Origin: Bdellovibrionales bacterium RIFOXYD12_FULL_39_22
GTDB lineage: Bacteria; Bdellovibrionota; Bacteriovoracia; Bacteriovoracales; Bacteriovoracaceae
NCBI GenBank assembly: GCA_001770205.1
Contig: MEQL01000007.1
Location: forward strand, 124,001 to 150,685
DNA length: 26,685 bases
Reading direction: 5' to 3'
Part shown: piece by piece, positions 10,356-19,585 of the stretch
Position numbering within the stretch: the stretch's first letter is position 1
Layout: every line of letters starts with the position of its first letter
The notes under the pieces: generated by a model
What the model saw: only the letters and a program-made list of their open reading frames with translations
Told to the model about the DNA's origin: nothing
The model's database searches: none
Position numbers and translations under genes: made by a program

Positions 10356-11563
10356 ACGATTGACGCAAGCGGAAGCAGTATTGTTCTGGAATTTAAATAT
10401 TTAATAGGTAGCGAGTTATCCATATGAACAACGAGTACTTTTGAGTTAGAATAAGCGCTTAAAAAACTTTTTACGGATCCAGTTAAGCGCTGAGGTTCGT
10501 CAGGATGTACAGTTGGTAAAATACCAATTATACCATTTGCGTTGGAAAAACAGATTGGGATAATTGCACCAGACCTTGTTTTATATTGAAATGTTCTAGT
10601 TGGTGTTCCCAGACGGTATTCAAACTGTGTTCTTAAATCAACGAAGCAAAAATGAATTAATTTTTGAGTTATCGATGGATTAATCTCCGCAAGCAGATGC
10701 CACTCTGCTTGATCTTCAAAAAAAATAGTGTGCCCCATAGTAGAGCCTTCTATTTTTACTGTTCTTAGTATAAATACAGCTTCGAGCGCATAAATTATTT
10801 TTTTTAGTGTTGGTGTTGAAAGACCTGTTTCCGCTTTTAACTGAGTGTAGTTGAGTGGTTCTCCTTGCATTCTGGCCAAGCTCTGTACTGCAATACGAAT
10901 ATCAGAATAGGAAACCAAGATTTTTTGAACCAATCGAAGATCACGATCAAGAATGGTTCGAAGCTGAGATTCAATTTTTTGCTCACGTAGTTTTTTATCT
11001 CGAATAAAACAAATTCCTGGCAACCCACCTCTTTCAAAGGATGTCTCAATCTGATCACGAATAATGGTCAGAGATTTTGTAGCATGCGGAATATTAAAAT
11101 GAGAAAGATCGGTAGACTCAAGTGCTCTGACACAAGTATCTGATAGTGGCATTTTCAACATTTCGGTGACAGAAAAAGGCAACAGTTCAAAATAGGTTAT
11201 TCTTCCCGTTAAGGCCTCGCGAATTGCCTCCCGAGAAGTGAAACGAACGGATCCACTTAAAATAAACTGCCCCGGCCGTTTATTCTTTCTAACCCACTCC
11301 TTTAATTCGGGAAAAATCTCTGGAGCGGTCTGACATTCATCAAGCGCAACAAGGTGCCCTGCCCTTGATTTTATGTAGTGTGCAGGATCACTTTTGGCAG
11401 CATCAATCTCTGCTTTTTGATCAAGGACAAAATACTTTTTGCATAGTTGACCTAAAAGAGTGGTTTTTCCAACCTGTCTATGTCCTAAAATTCCAACCAA
11501 TGGACTCATTCCAAGATTTTTTTTAACAATTTTTTGAAGATATCTAATTCTTTCGTGTGGCAT
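10352..11563 (-). CDS. AAA+ ATPase, AAA_14/DUF4143-type
   Basis: Walker A GHRQVGKTT, Walker B ALDECQ, GQFILSGS, EALTGRI, LLPFS, GGLP, ILDRDL, HTH-like LNYTQLKAETGLSTPTLKK. Confidence 0.88.
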   Translation of the reverse strand: MPHERIRYLQKIVKKNLGMSPLVGILGHRQVGKTTLLGQLCKKYFVLDQKAEIDAAKSDPAHYIKSRAGHLVALDECQTAPEIFPELKEWVRKNKRPGQFILSGSVRFTSREAIREALTGRITYFELLPFSVTEMLKMPLSDTCVRALESTDLSHFNIPHATKSLTIIRDQIETSFERGGLPGICFIRDKKLREQKIESQLRTILDRDLRLVQKILVSYSDIRIAVQSLARMQGEPLNYTQLKAETGLSTPTLKKIIYALEAVFILRTVKIEGSTMGHTIFFEDQAEWHLLAEINPSITQKLIHFCFVDLRTQFEYRLGTPTRTFQYKTRSGAIIPICFSNANGIIGILPTVHPDEPQRLTGSVKSFLSAYSNSKVLVVHMDNSLPIKYLNSRTILLPLASIV

Positions 11564-11585
11564 CTAGTTACAAATATAGCATTTC

Positions 11586-11637
11586 CTGTTGTTTTTGCAA
11601 CGCAATTATCAAAATAACAGCACATGTTGTTTTGATA
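11586..11637. promoter_or_regulatory. Inverted repeat / iterated TGTTRTTTTG motif upstream of the ATPase (possible operator)
   Basis: tatcaaaataaca-gcaca-tgttgttttgata (11607-11637, 13-bp arms, one mismatch) plus a third similar copy ctgttgtttttg at 11586-11597. Confidence 0.45.
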
Positions 11638-11670
11638 GTAGGAGTCTTGATATACAGTATGACCTTTTGT

Positions 11671-11689
11671 CATAGGTGATCGGTATTTT
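11671..11689 (+). repeat. 19-bp dispersed direct repeat, copy 1 (cataggtgatcggtatttt)
   Basis: Identical to 26594-26612. Confidence 0.8.
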
Positions 11690-11725
11690 TATTTCTGACA
11701 AGCTAACTTTTGGATAGATGAGAAA

Positions 11726-11980
11726 TTACATGAAAGGATTTTGTCCTTTGTTGTGACTAGTCATGTCGATTACTTCCGTTATTTCGGGATAGGCCTCGCG
11801 AATGATTCGCTCAACACCTGCTTTCAAAGTTGCTCGAGCTCCTGCACACCCCTGACATCCACCAGTCAGTCTTACATATACTTTGTTGTCTTCAACATCA
11901 ATTAACTCAATATCTCCGCCGTGATTGGCCAGCGCTGGGCGTACTTGGCTATCAAAAAGTTCTTCAATTTTTCTTCTCAT
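11726..11980 (-). CDS. NifU C-terminal (Nfu) domain Fe-S carrier protein
   Basis: VRPALANHGGDIEL...VRLTGGCQGC...TLKAGVE; GGAG RBS upstream. Confidence 0.93.
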   Translation of the reverse strand: MRRKIEELFDSQVRPALANHGGDIELIDVEDNKVYVRLTGGCQGCAGARATLKAGVERIIREAYPEITEVIDMTSHNKGQNPFM

Positions 11981-12117
11981 TTTTTACTCCTGCGTTATTG
12001 CGTTTTCAGAATTACTTATTATTGAGAGAGAAAACTTATTATATTCTATAAAATTTGGCCAATAATATTAGTCCATTGAAAGCGCTGGGAGCAATTTATT
12101 TTGCTTTGATTGGCAAT

Positions 12118-13161
12118 ATGCAAAAAAGTATATCCAATTCGGGCACCTTTTTGTTGATGATTGCGCCACCGGCAGGGGGGAAAACCAGGCTTGTTTTGGA
12201 GCTATATCCATCAATTTTAAGAAAAGTTATCTTTATCTCTCCATTACGGGCCTTGGCCAATGAGTTAATGGATAAATTGTCGAAGATGCCAAATGTTTAT
12301 CAGCTTAAAACGAGAAAGGATTTTAGGGAGCTCTCTTTACATGAGCAAGAGTCGTTTTTTTTAATTGCTACTGCCGAGCTGATAGATGAAAAAGTTTTAA
12401 GTTTGGCGGAGCATTTGGCCAATGAAGTTGTTGTTGTCTTTGATGAGTTTCATCTTTTTTACTTATGGGGAGAATCTTTTAGGCCAATATTGCCCGAAAT
12501 TTGTCATGGCGTGGCCAATACTGGATGTTCAATAATGGGTTTAACGGCAACGATGACGGATGAACTTATGAAGAAGTGGCAAAGTGATTTTGCTGTTGGC
12601 ATGAGTGAATTGCGCTTATTAGATTTGGGGAATTTAAGATTAAAAAAGATGCCGAAGGCCCATCTTTGGACACCTCGTTTTACAGGCCGTGCAATGATAA
12701 AAAGATTGATTTTATATAGGTTGCTATCCAAAGGACGCTTGGAAAGTGGAAAGACTATTATATTTTGTAAATATAGAAAGGAAGTTTTGGATTGGATAGA
12801 TTACTGTCGAGGAATTGGAGTGCGGGCCTTGGGTTGTATTGGTGGAGAGGTGGATGATTTTTCTTTGCGAATGAAAAAGGAGGAGTTTGATTTTATCTTT
12901 GCCACTTCTACTCTTGGACATGGAGTAAATTTGCCAGAAATTTCGGAAGTAGTGATAAGCTATAGGGTAAATGATATTTCACTTTGGATCCAGATGGTCG
13001 GGAGAGGTGGCCGTAATGGGGGCGAATATGGCCTTCTCAGTATTGATTCTTTCTTTTTAAATTGGAAGCAACAGCTATTAAAATTGATTTGGATTTCTTT
13101 TATTGACTGTTATATCAAAATATATCTTTTTATTTTCGAACCCGATGCCCCAACAGGGTAG
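12118..13161 (+). CDS. Minimal RecQ-like SF2 (DExH) helicase core
   Basis: Motif I PAGGKT, Ia SPLRALA, II DEFH followed by RecQ-like WGESFRP, III TAT, IV IIFC, V ATSTLGHGVNLP, VI QMVGRGGRNG. Start uncertain (12118 vs 12055). Confidence 0.85.
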   Translation: MQKSISNSGTFLLMIAPPAGGKTRLVLELYPSILRKVIFISPLRALANELMDKLSKMPNVYQLKTRKDFRELSLHEQESFFLIATAELIDEKVLSLAEHLANEVVVVFDEFHLFYLWGESFRPILPEICHGVANTGCSIMGLTATMTDELMKKWQSDFAVGMSELRLLDLGNLRLKKMPKAHLWTPRFTGRAMIKRLILYRLLSKGRLESGKTIIFCKYRKEVLDWIDYCRGIGVRALGCIGGEVDDFSLRMKKEEFDFIFATSTLGHGVNLPEISEVVISYRVNDISLWIQMVGRGGRNGGEYGLLSIDSFFLNWKQQLLKLIWISFIDCYIKIYLFIFEPDAPTG

Positions 13162-13200
13162 AAAATTGGCCAATTGTGAGATATTCTCTTTTGCAAGAAG

Positions 13201-14016
13201 ATGATTACTAAACTTGATGGTATAATAATTTCAAAATATCCATATCGAGAACGAGACCTGATTGTTCGACTTCTTTTACGCAATGGCAAGAAGGCCAGTG
13301 TTATATTTTATGGCGGAAAGGGTGGTGGAAGCAAAAAGAAAAGTTCTATTTTAGAATTGGGTTTTTTGGTAGAAGTCGAATTGCAAAAAAGTCGAGAGGA
13401 TAGTGAGATTTTTACCGCCAAAGAGTGGGTGTTGAAATGGCATCATGACAATATTCGCAATAATTATCAGGCATATTGTCTGCTTTGCTTTTTTTCTGAA
13501 ATAAGCGAGCGTTTGGCCCTTGAAGCACAATTTAAAAATTACGAGAGTGAAATTTCCTCCAGCGATAAAGAGGCCGGACCCTTTCGCGTATTAAGTAACG
13601 CACTAGTTTATTTGGAGAAAAGTTTAAGCGCTCGAGAGCAGAATGCGTTATTTTTGCCATATGGCCAGATTTTAATTTTTATCACTAAATTTGCCGTGGA
13701 GATGGGGGTTTTCCCCGCCAGTGATACCTGTACTTTGTGTGGAGGAGATTTAGAAGCTATTGGGCCGAAGATTTTATCGGCAGAACATGGAGGATATCAG
13801 TGTGGACGGTGTACAGATATTGGGCAAGATAGCGGGGATGAGGCAATATATCAAGCAATGATGCGTATTGCGCGTACTCCGTATCAGGCCATCTTGCCGT
13901 TGCCGTTGGGGGCGGTGGATCTTTCGATGGCAAAAAAAGTTTTACATTACGTCTGTTACCAATTTAATATCATTCCCGAAACTTTAAAAACTATGCGCGC
14001 AGTACTGGCCAATTAA
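13201..14016 (+). CDS. recO: DNA repair protein RecO
   Basis: N-terminal GIIISKYPYRERDLIVRLL (OB fold); C4 zinc finger CTLC...GGYQCGRC; typical length. Confidence 0.85.
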   Translation: MITKLDGIIISKYPYRERDLIVRLLLRNGKKASVIFYGGKGGGSKKKSSILELGFLVEVELQKSREDSEIFTAKEWVLKWHHDNIRNNYQAYCLLCFFSEISERLALEAQFKNYESEISSSDKEAGPFRVLSNALVYLEKSLSAREQNALFLPYGQILIFITKFAVEMGVFPASDTCTLCGGDLEAIGPKILSAEHGGYQCGRCTDIGQDSGDEAIYQAMMRIARTPYQAILPLPLGAVDLSMAKKVLHYVCYQFNIIPETLKTMRAVLAN

Positions 14017-14019
14017 ATT

Positions 14020-14928
14020 ATGACAGATAAAATTTTAGTTTCAGGATTTACATTTATAAAAAATGGTTTAACACTGGGCTATCCTATTAGGGAGAGTATT
14101 GAGAGTATTGAACCCTTGTGTGATGAAATTATTATAAATGTAGGATACGATGATAAAAATCTACAGCAAGATGATGGCACGTATGATTTTTTGAAAAGTT
14201 ATTTTACTCATCCTAAATTTAAATTTATAAAATCTTGGTGGGATCCCTCTATTCGTAAATCTGGCCTGATCTTATCACAACAGACGAATATTGCGTTGGC
14301 AGAATGTTGCGGAGAGATTTGTCAGTATATTCAGGGTGACGAGGTTATTCATGAAGATGATTTGCCAGCAATTCACAACGGATACATTGAAATGCTAAAT
14401 AATCCTCAAATTGAAGGGTTAGTTTTTGACTACATTCACTTCTATGGCAATGTGGATATCTATAAATATACTCGCAATATTTATCGGAGAGAAGTTCGGG
14501 CCATTCGTAATAAAATAGGGCTGCAAAGTTGGATGGATGCGCAGGGCTTTCGACAAGCAGGTGGAGGCAAACCCCTCGGAATACGCATAAAGGCCAGGAT
14601 TATGCATTATGGCTGGGCCAGAAAAGAACAAATTATGTCTGCCAAGGTCCGAGAATTTGAAAAGCTCTATCATGATGATAGCAGCGTCAATAAAAATTTT
14701 TCTTATCAAAAAGTATGGGGGATGAAGAAGTTTACCCAGACTCATCCCAAAGTAATGGGCCGATGGATTGAACAACATAGAAATAGTATTGATTTTTTTT
14801 CATTGAAGCTAGATGTTACTTTTAGAAAATTTTTTGAGTACATTGGGTTGGTGATTTCAGATGCTATCGAGCGTGCGACAGACTATCGCCTGGGTGAATT
14901 TAAAAATTATCGATTGTATCGGGATTGA
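14020..14928 (+). CDS. Glycosyltransferase family 2 protein
   Basis: VSGFTFIKNG..LGYPI.ESI.SI.PLCDE, DGT, QQTNIAL, YIQGDE, HYGW. Confidence 0.85.
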   Translation: MTDKILVSGFTFIKNGLTLGYPIRESIESIEPLCDEIIINVGYDDKNLQQDDGTYDFLKSYFTHPKFKFIKSWWDPSIRKSGLILSQQTNIALAECCGEICQYIQGDEVIHEDDLPAIHNGYIEMLNNPQIEGLVFDYIHFYGNVDIYKYTRNIYRREVRAIRNKIGLQSWMDAQGFRQAGGGKPLGIRIKARIMHYGWARKEQIMSAKVREFEKLYHDDSSVNKNFSYQKVWGMKKFTQTHPKVMGRWIEQHRNSIDFFSLKLDVTFRKFFEYIGLVISDAIERATDYRLGEFKNYRLYRD

Positions 14929-16808
14929 TTGTGATATTTGTTGTTGAAAAGTTAAAAAAATATTTTTGTCTTAACTTTGCTATAGTTTTCTTACTTTTTT
15001 CTCAATTGCTTTATCTTTGCTATTTGCATTTTGTTGGCTATCAAATCATATCATTTCATAGCGTCATTTGGATGGAAGCACTGCTAAGTTTTGTCTCTAT
15101 TTTTGCCCTAACGCAGATGGGCGGAATTTTATTTGCACGTTTTTATCTGGGACGTCTTCTTTTTTATCCACTATTATTTTTGATATACTTCACTCTCTTT
15201 TGGTATCACAAGGAAGGGGCAAAATCTTTTGACTTTGAATTATTAGAAAATAACGCAGAGATGTTGCGTTATACGGAGTCTTGGCGACTGATTTATCAAT
15301 CGCTTGGCAGAACTTACTTTCATGTGCTGGCCGGCTTAGCGTTTATATTTGTGCTGTTAGAAATAGGATGGAAGCTGCTGGGCCATTGGAAATTAGAGGC
15401 CACTACTTTTGTTCAAAAAACTAAATTGCTGCTTGTTTATCTTTTTATTTATGTAGTTACCTTTTTGTTACAAGTGGATGGAGTCGATGAATTACAAGGG
15501 GCCCTTCGTTCTGCTTTCAAAATGGATTCTTATGATTATACACAGCACGCAGCTTTGAAAAAAGTTAATACCAAGAGCTATTTATATAATAAACATTTCG
15601 ATTTCCCGCGGCCTCATTTTGGTAAGCGGCCCAATATTATTTTACTGCTATTTGAATCTTTAAATGGAGAATTATTAGGGGAGAATGCGCGAGGAACTAA
15701 TATTCGGTTGATCCCTAATTTTGAACGAATTAGTCGAGAGGGGTTATTGTTTGATAATTTCTATGGTAATTCGGTGCAGACCGATAAGGGAATGTTTGCC
15801 ACGCTCTGTTCTTTGATCCCTACCTTCGAAAAAAGTGAATTTAAATTTTTCAGTGATAGGAAATATAATTGTATCCCTGAAATTTTACAAAAAAATGGAT
15901 ATAAGACTACTTTTTTTCAGGCATATCGCGATCTTAATTTTGCCAATAAAAAAACATTTTTGTCCCAAAATGGTTTTGAAGTTGTTGATTCAGTGGCCCG
16001 ACACTTGCGGCCGGGAGATAAAAAGCATTCTTGGGGATGGGGACTGCAGGATGACATCTACTATCAGCGATTTTTTGAGTATATGGATAAAAGTTGGCGA
16101 GAGGGAGATAAACCATTTTTTGTAACGCTACTTCCGGTTTCTTCGCATATGGCATTTCGCGATATTCCGAATAGTTTAAAGAAGGTCTATCCGAATTATA
16201 AAGGGAGAGATATTTATAAAAATTATATCAACGCACTTAATTTCGCTGATGAGTCATTGCTAACTTTTTTTGCGGAATTTAAAAAACGGCCGTTTTATAA
16301 GGACACGGTAGTTATTGTGGTGGGAGATCATAGTTATCCTGCGGGTAAGCATGGTTATTATATCAATCATGTAGATGCTTACAACGATACTTTTAAAACT
16401 GCTCTTCTAATGTTTTGGGAGGGGGTGGTTTCTCCCCGAAGAATATCCGATATTACTTATTCGCAAATGGATCTTGCGCCCACCTTAATGGATCTTGCGG
16501 GTATTTCAAGTGATACCCATTTTTTAGGTGACTCTCTTCTGACCTTGCCTCCTTCGGAGCGGCCTATATATCTTGTTCAGCCCTTTAATGGTGTTTTTTT
16601 GGCCGTAATTAAAAATAACTATAAGTATATTTTTAGAAAAAAGCGACAAACAGAGCGTCTTTTTGATTTAGCGATAGACCCGGAAGAGAGAGATGATTTA
16701 GCAAAGGATTCATTGCATTTTGCCAGATTAGAGGAAATGCGCCAGGAGATTGGTAATATTTTTATTAATCAAGAACTAATCGTCAATGATCGCATTTGGC
16801 CTAGGTGA
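14925..16808 (+). CDS. LTA synthase (LtaS)/phosphoglycerol transferase-like membrane protein, sulfatase superfamily
   Basis: About 5 N-terminal TM helices; PNIILLLFESL; candidate Thr nucleophile in NSVQT; WGLQD; SSH; VGDH; SQMDLAPTLMDL. Confidence 0.87.
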   Translation: MIVIFVVEKLKKYFCLNFAIVFLLFSQLLYLCYLHFVGYQIISFHSVIWMEALLSFVSIFALTQMGGILFARFYLGRLLFYPLLFLIYFTLFWYHKEGAKSFDFELLENNAEMLRYTESWRLIYQSLGRTYFHVLAGLAFIFVLLEIGWKLLGHWKLEATTFVQKTKLLLVYLFIYVVTFLLQVDGVDELQGALRSAFKMDSYDYTQHAALKKVNTKSYLYNKHFDFPRPHFGKRPNIILLLFESLNGELLGENARGTNIRLIPNFERISREGLLFDNFYGNSVQTDKGMFATLCSLIPTFEKSEFKFFSDRKYNCIPEILQKNGYKTTFFQAYRDLNFANKKTFLSQNGFEVVDSVARHLRPGDKKHSWGWGLQDDIYYQRFFEYMDKSWREGDKPFFVTLLPVSSHMAFRDIPNSLKKVYPNYKGRDIYKNYINALNFADESLLTFFAEFKKRPFYKDTVVIVVGDHSYPAGKHGYYINHVDAYNDTFKTALLMFWEGVVSPRRISDITYSQMDLAPTLMDLAGISSDTHFLGDSLLTLPPSERPIYLVQPFNGVFLAVIKNNYKYIFRKKRQTERLFDLAIDPEERDDLAKDSLHFARLEEMRQEIGNIFINQELIVNDRIWPR

Positions 16809-17493
16809 TTTTGCTTTTTATAAGAGCTGATTTAAAAAGATCATATAATCCTTTTTCATTTTCCGCCCAAATTTCAGCGAGGGTTTTTCCCTGTGAAAGT
16901 AGAGGACACTCGAAAGTTAGTACCGAGGCGTTATATTTTGTTGGGGCCAATTCTCCCAGAGATCCGGGGGTGGGGTGATCCGTAAATTCACCTACTACTT
17001 CGTATGAATTATACTTTTGCAAAAATTCTGCAACATCCAGACAATTGCCATTGTAGTTTAACATCGGCTTCCAAGAGTGCAGACTCAAAATAAAACCGGG
17101 TGGAAATTTGGCAAAAAGGTTAATTAAAAATTGATTTTCTGGCTCACTAAGAGGGGCGGTTCCTGGGTAGTGTGTTTCTTGAGTGTAAGTGGCCGTCCAT
17201 TGATCAGAAGGATAATTGCGATTGAGATCTACTTTGCGAGCATTTCCTCGAGTGTTAGCGCGGTATCCGTCAATGTTTAAAATAGGAATTACGATCATGG
17301 GAAGTTCAATTTCGCTGCTGTTTTTTATTTTTTCAAAAAGTTGTTGTAAAACATATACCCCCTCTACTTCATCCCCATGAACCCCCGCTATTAGATAGAT
17401 ATATTTATTTTGAGGTGACAGCACGTCACTAAAAAAGGCCGGAATTTTTTCGCCAGCAACCGTGATGCCAGGCCGGAGTTCTCTAAAAATCAT
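16801..17493 (-). CDS. mpaA: M14-family zinc carboxypeptidase, murein peptide amidase A (MpaA)-like
   Basis: GVHGDE, NIDG, VDLNRNYP, SEPE, SLHS, PGSLG. Start set at ATG 17493 with an AAGGAG RBS; no signal peptide. Confidence 0.8.
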   Translation of the reverse strand: MIFRELRPGITVAGEKIPAFFSDVLSPQNKYIYLIAGVHGDEVEGVYVLQQLFEKIKNSSEIELPMIVIPILNIDGYRANTRGNARKVDLNRNYPSDQWTATYTQETHYPGTAPLSEPENQFLINLFAKFPPGFILSLHSWKPMLNYNGNCLDVAEFLQKYNSYEVVGEFTDHPTPGSLGELAPTKYNASVLTFECPLLSQGKTLAEIWAENEKGLYDLFKSALIKSKIT

Positions 17494-17653
17494 AAATCTC
17501 CTTTGGGTAATACTGTGGGCATAGTCCAAACAGTGAGCAGTAATAGTAGTCAAAATAACAAAAATAATCAAAAGGTAATAGCTATTGGTAAAAAATATTA
17601 TGATTGGTGTGCTATTTGGGGTAATATTTTTTCGCAAAATGGAGGCATTTATA

Positions 17654-18889
17654 ATGGATCTTGATTTAAACGAGTCAGAGCAAAAAGAGTTTAATCGACA
17701 GCTAGAATTACTATCTTTTGGAGTGAGCGAAATAACTCCGAAAGACGAATTTGCCAAAATACTGGCCTATTCTATCAAACACAACAAACCACTTCGCATT
17801 AAATACGGCATTGATCCCACCGGGGCAGATGTTCATTTAGGACATCTAGTTCCTTGTCGCAAGATGCGGCAGTTTCAGGATTTAGGCCATATCGGGGTAG
17901 TTATTGTGGGTGATTATACTGCGCGAATTGGAGATCCCACTGGCCGAAATGAGTCACGTCCGGCCTTGCCTGCCGAACAGGTTAAAAAAAATGGTGAGAA
18001 ATATTTAGAACAGATTTTTACAGTGGTAGATAAAAATAAAACAGAGAGTAAATTTCAGTCGGAGTGGTTTAATCAAGTAACGCTGCAAGATATTATTCTA
18101 TGGGCCGGCCAAACAACTGTTGCCAAATTACTTTCACATGAGACTTTCAAAAATAGATTGAGTGATGGAAACGTCTTATCTCTTCATGAACTATTTTACC
18201 CGGTGTTGCAGGGAATTGATTCTGTTTATGTCAAGGCCGATGTTGAGCTAGGTGGAAACGATCAAAAATTTAATGTACTAATGGGGCGAGATTATCAAAA
18301 GGCGCGCGGAATGCGGCCGCAAGTGGCCATGCTTTTACCTATTTTATTAGGAACCTGCGGAACGCGAAAAATGAGTAAATCTTTTGGAAATTACATTGGA
18401 ATTTTTGATGATCCGTTTGATAAATTTGGTAAGGTAATGAGTATTCCAGATAATTTGATGGCCGATTATTATAAATATTTAACCAATATTTCTACTGCGG
18501 ATCATCATAAAATTGTGGCCGGATTGGCCAGCAATGCGCTCCATCCTAACGAGACAAAGAAGAATTTAGCACAAGAAATAGTATCTCTTTTTCATGGTGG
18601 AGAGATCGGACGCGATATGCGTAGAAAATTTGAAGAAGTTTTTTCTCGAGGACAGGCACCTGAAGACATTTCTGAGATTAAAGTCAAGGAAGGAGATGAT
18701 CTGCTTTCTGTTTTGGCCACGGCAAAGATTGTAGCGACCAAAAGCGATGGCCGACGCTTGGTGCAGCAAAATGCGGTTAGCTTTATGGATGGAGAAAAAA
18801 TTGTTAGTGTGGAGTTTAAAATAGCTAATATCCATTTGGACCGAGTAATTAAAATTGGCAAGCGGCGCTTTATTAAACTGGTAAAATAA
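17654..18889 (+). CDS. tyrS: Tyrosine--tRNA ligase
   Basis: GIDPTGADVHLGH, IGDPTGR, YPVLQGIDS, GGNDQKFN, KMSKS, C-terminal S4-like domain. Start at ATG 17654 after GGAGG. Confidence 0.97.
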   Translation: MDLDLNESEQKEFNRQLELLSFGVSEITPKDEFAKILAYSIKHNKPLRIKYGIDPTGADVHLGHLVPCRKMRQFQDLGHIGVVIVGDYTARIGDPTGRNESRPALPAEQVKKNGEKYLEQIFTVVDKNKTESKFQSEWFNQVTLQDIILWAGQTTVAKLLSHETFKNRLSDGNVLSLHELFYPVLQGIDSVYVKADVELGGNDQKFNVLMGRDYQKARGMRPQVAMLLPILLGTCGTRKMSKSFGNYIGIFDDPFDKFGKVMSIPDNLMADYYKYLTNISTADHHKIVAGLASNALHPNETKKNLAQEIVSLFHGGEIGRDMRRKFEEVFSRGQAPEDISEIKVKEGDDLLSVLATAKIVATKSDGRRLVQQNAVSFMDGEKIVSVEFKIANIHLDRVIKIGKRRFIKLVK

Positions 18890-18904
18890 ACAGGAGCGCG
18901 CTAG

Positions 18905-19570
18905 GTGCTGATAAAAAAAGATCAATATATTTTCACCCTATTGCAGCTTTATAATGAACTTGATGGGAGTCATGACCAAGAGGTTAAAGAATCCATTGAT
19001 TTTTTAATTTCTAAAATTAATCAGACAATCTCAAATGCGGAGGAGCGTAGTGAATTAGTGGCCGCAAATTTTCCGGTACCGTCGGAATTGGCCTCTCTCG
19101 CCCAAGGAATTGCTATATTTTCTGATGGGGCCTGTCGCGGCAATCCTGGCCCAGGAGGATGGGCCTGCCTCTGTCAAAACCACCAAGGGGAGATTCTTTT
19201 TGAGTTGTGTGGAGCAGAGGCGTTAACCACGAATAATAAAATGGAAATGATGGGGGCGATTCAAGGATTTAATCGTTTGAAAGATATTTTTATTTCTGAT
19301 AGATTACCTATAGATGTACCGGTTTTTTTGTTCAGTGATTCGCGCTATGTGATAGACGGACTGAGCAGTTGGCTGGATGGCTGGAAGCGGCGCGGATGGA
19401 AGAAGGCCGATAATAAGGAACCGGAAAATATAGAATTATGGAAGTTGCTAGATGAATTTAGATCGTTTTTTAACAATATAAAATTTATCTGGGTGAAGGG
19501 ACATGCAGGGCATCCGCAAAATGAGTATTGTGACAAACTGGCCACTAAATCTTTAGCGGCCATGTCTTGA
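18905..19570 (+). CDS. rnhA: Ribonuclease HI with N-terminal extension
   Basis: SDGACRGNPGPGG, TTNNKME, SDSRY, WKRRGWK, NIELW, WVKGHAGHPQNEYCD. Confidence 0.93.
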   Translation: MLIKKDQYIFTLLQLYNELDGSHDQEVKESIDFLISKINQTISNAEERSELVAANFPVPSELASLAQGIAIFSDGACRGNPGPGGWACLCQNHQGEILFELCGAEALTTNNKMEMMGAIQGFNRLKDIFISDRLPIDVPVFLFSDSRYVIDGLSSWLDGWKRRGWKKADNKEPENIELWKLLDEFRSFFNNIKFIWVKGHAGHPQNEYCDKLATKSLAAMS

Positions 19571-19585
19571 TGTGATGGAGGAGTT

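Noticed and set aside
11506..11673. 55-codon minus-strand ORF starting at the ATG inside repeat copy 1
   Set aside because: No RBS, overlaps the ATPase start out of frame, and the same ATG in copy 2 is followed immediately by a stop
12050..13176. TTGGCCAA palindromes at both ends of the helicase gene as operators or element ends
   Set aside because: Explained by the general GGCC enrichment in AT-rich DNA; the same 8-mer occurs inside coding regions
17494..17757. Long N-terminal extensions of the amidase and tyrS ORFs overlapping head-to-head
   Set aside because: Artefact of longest-ORF calling; RBS-supported starts at 17493 and 17654 leave a normal divergent intergenic region
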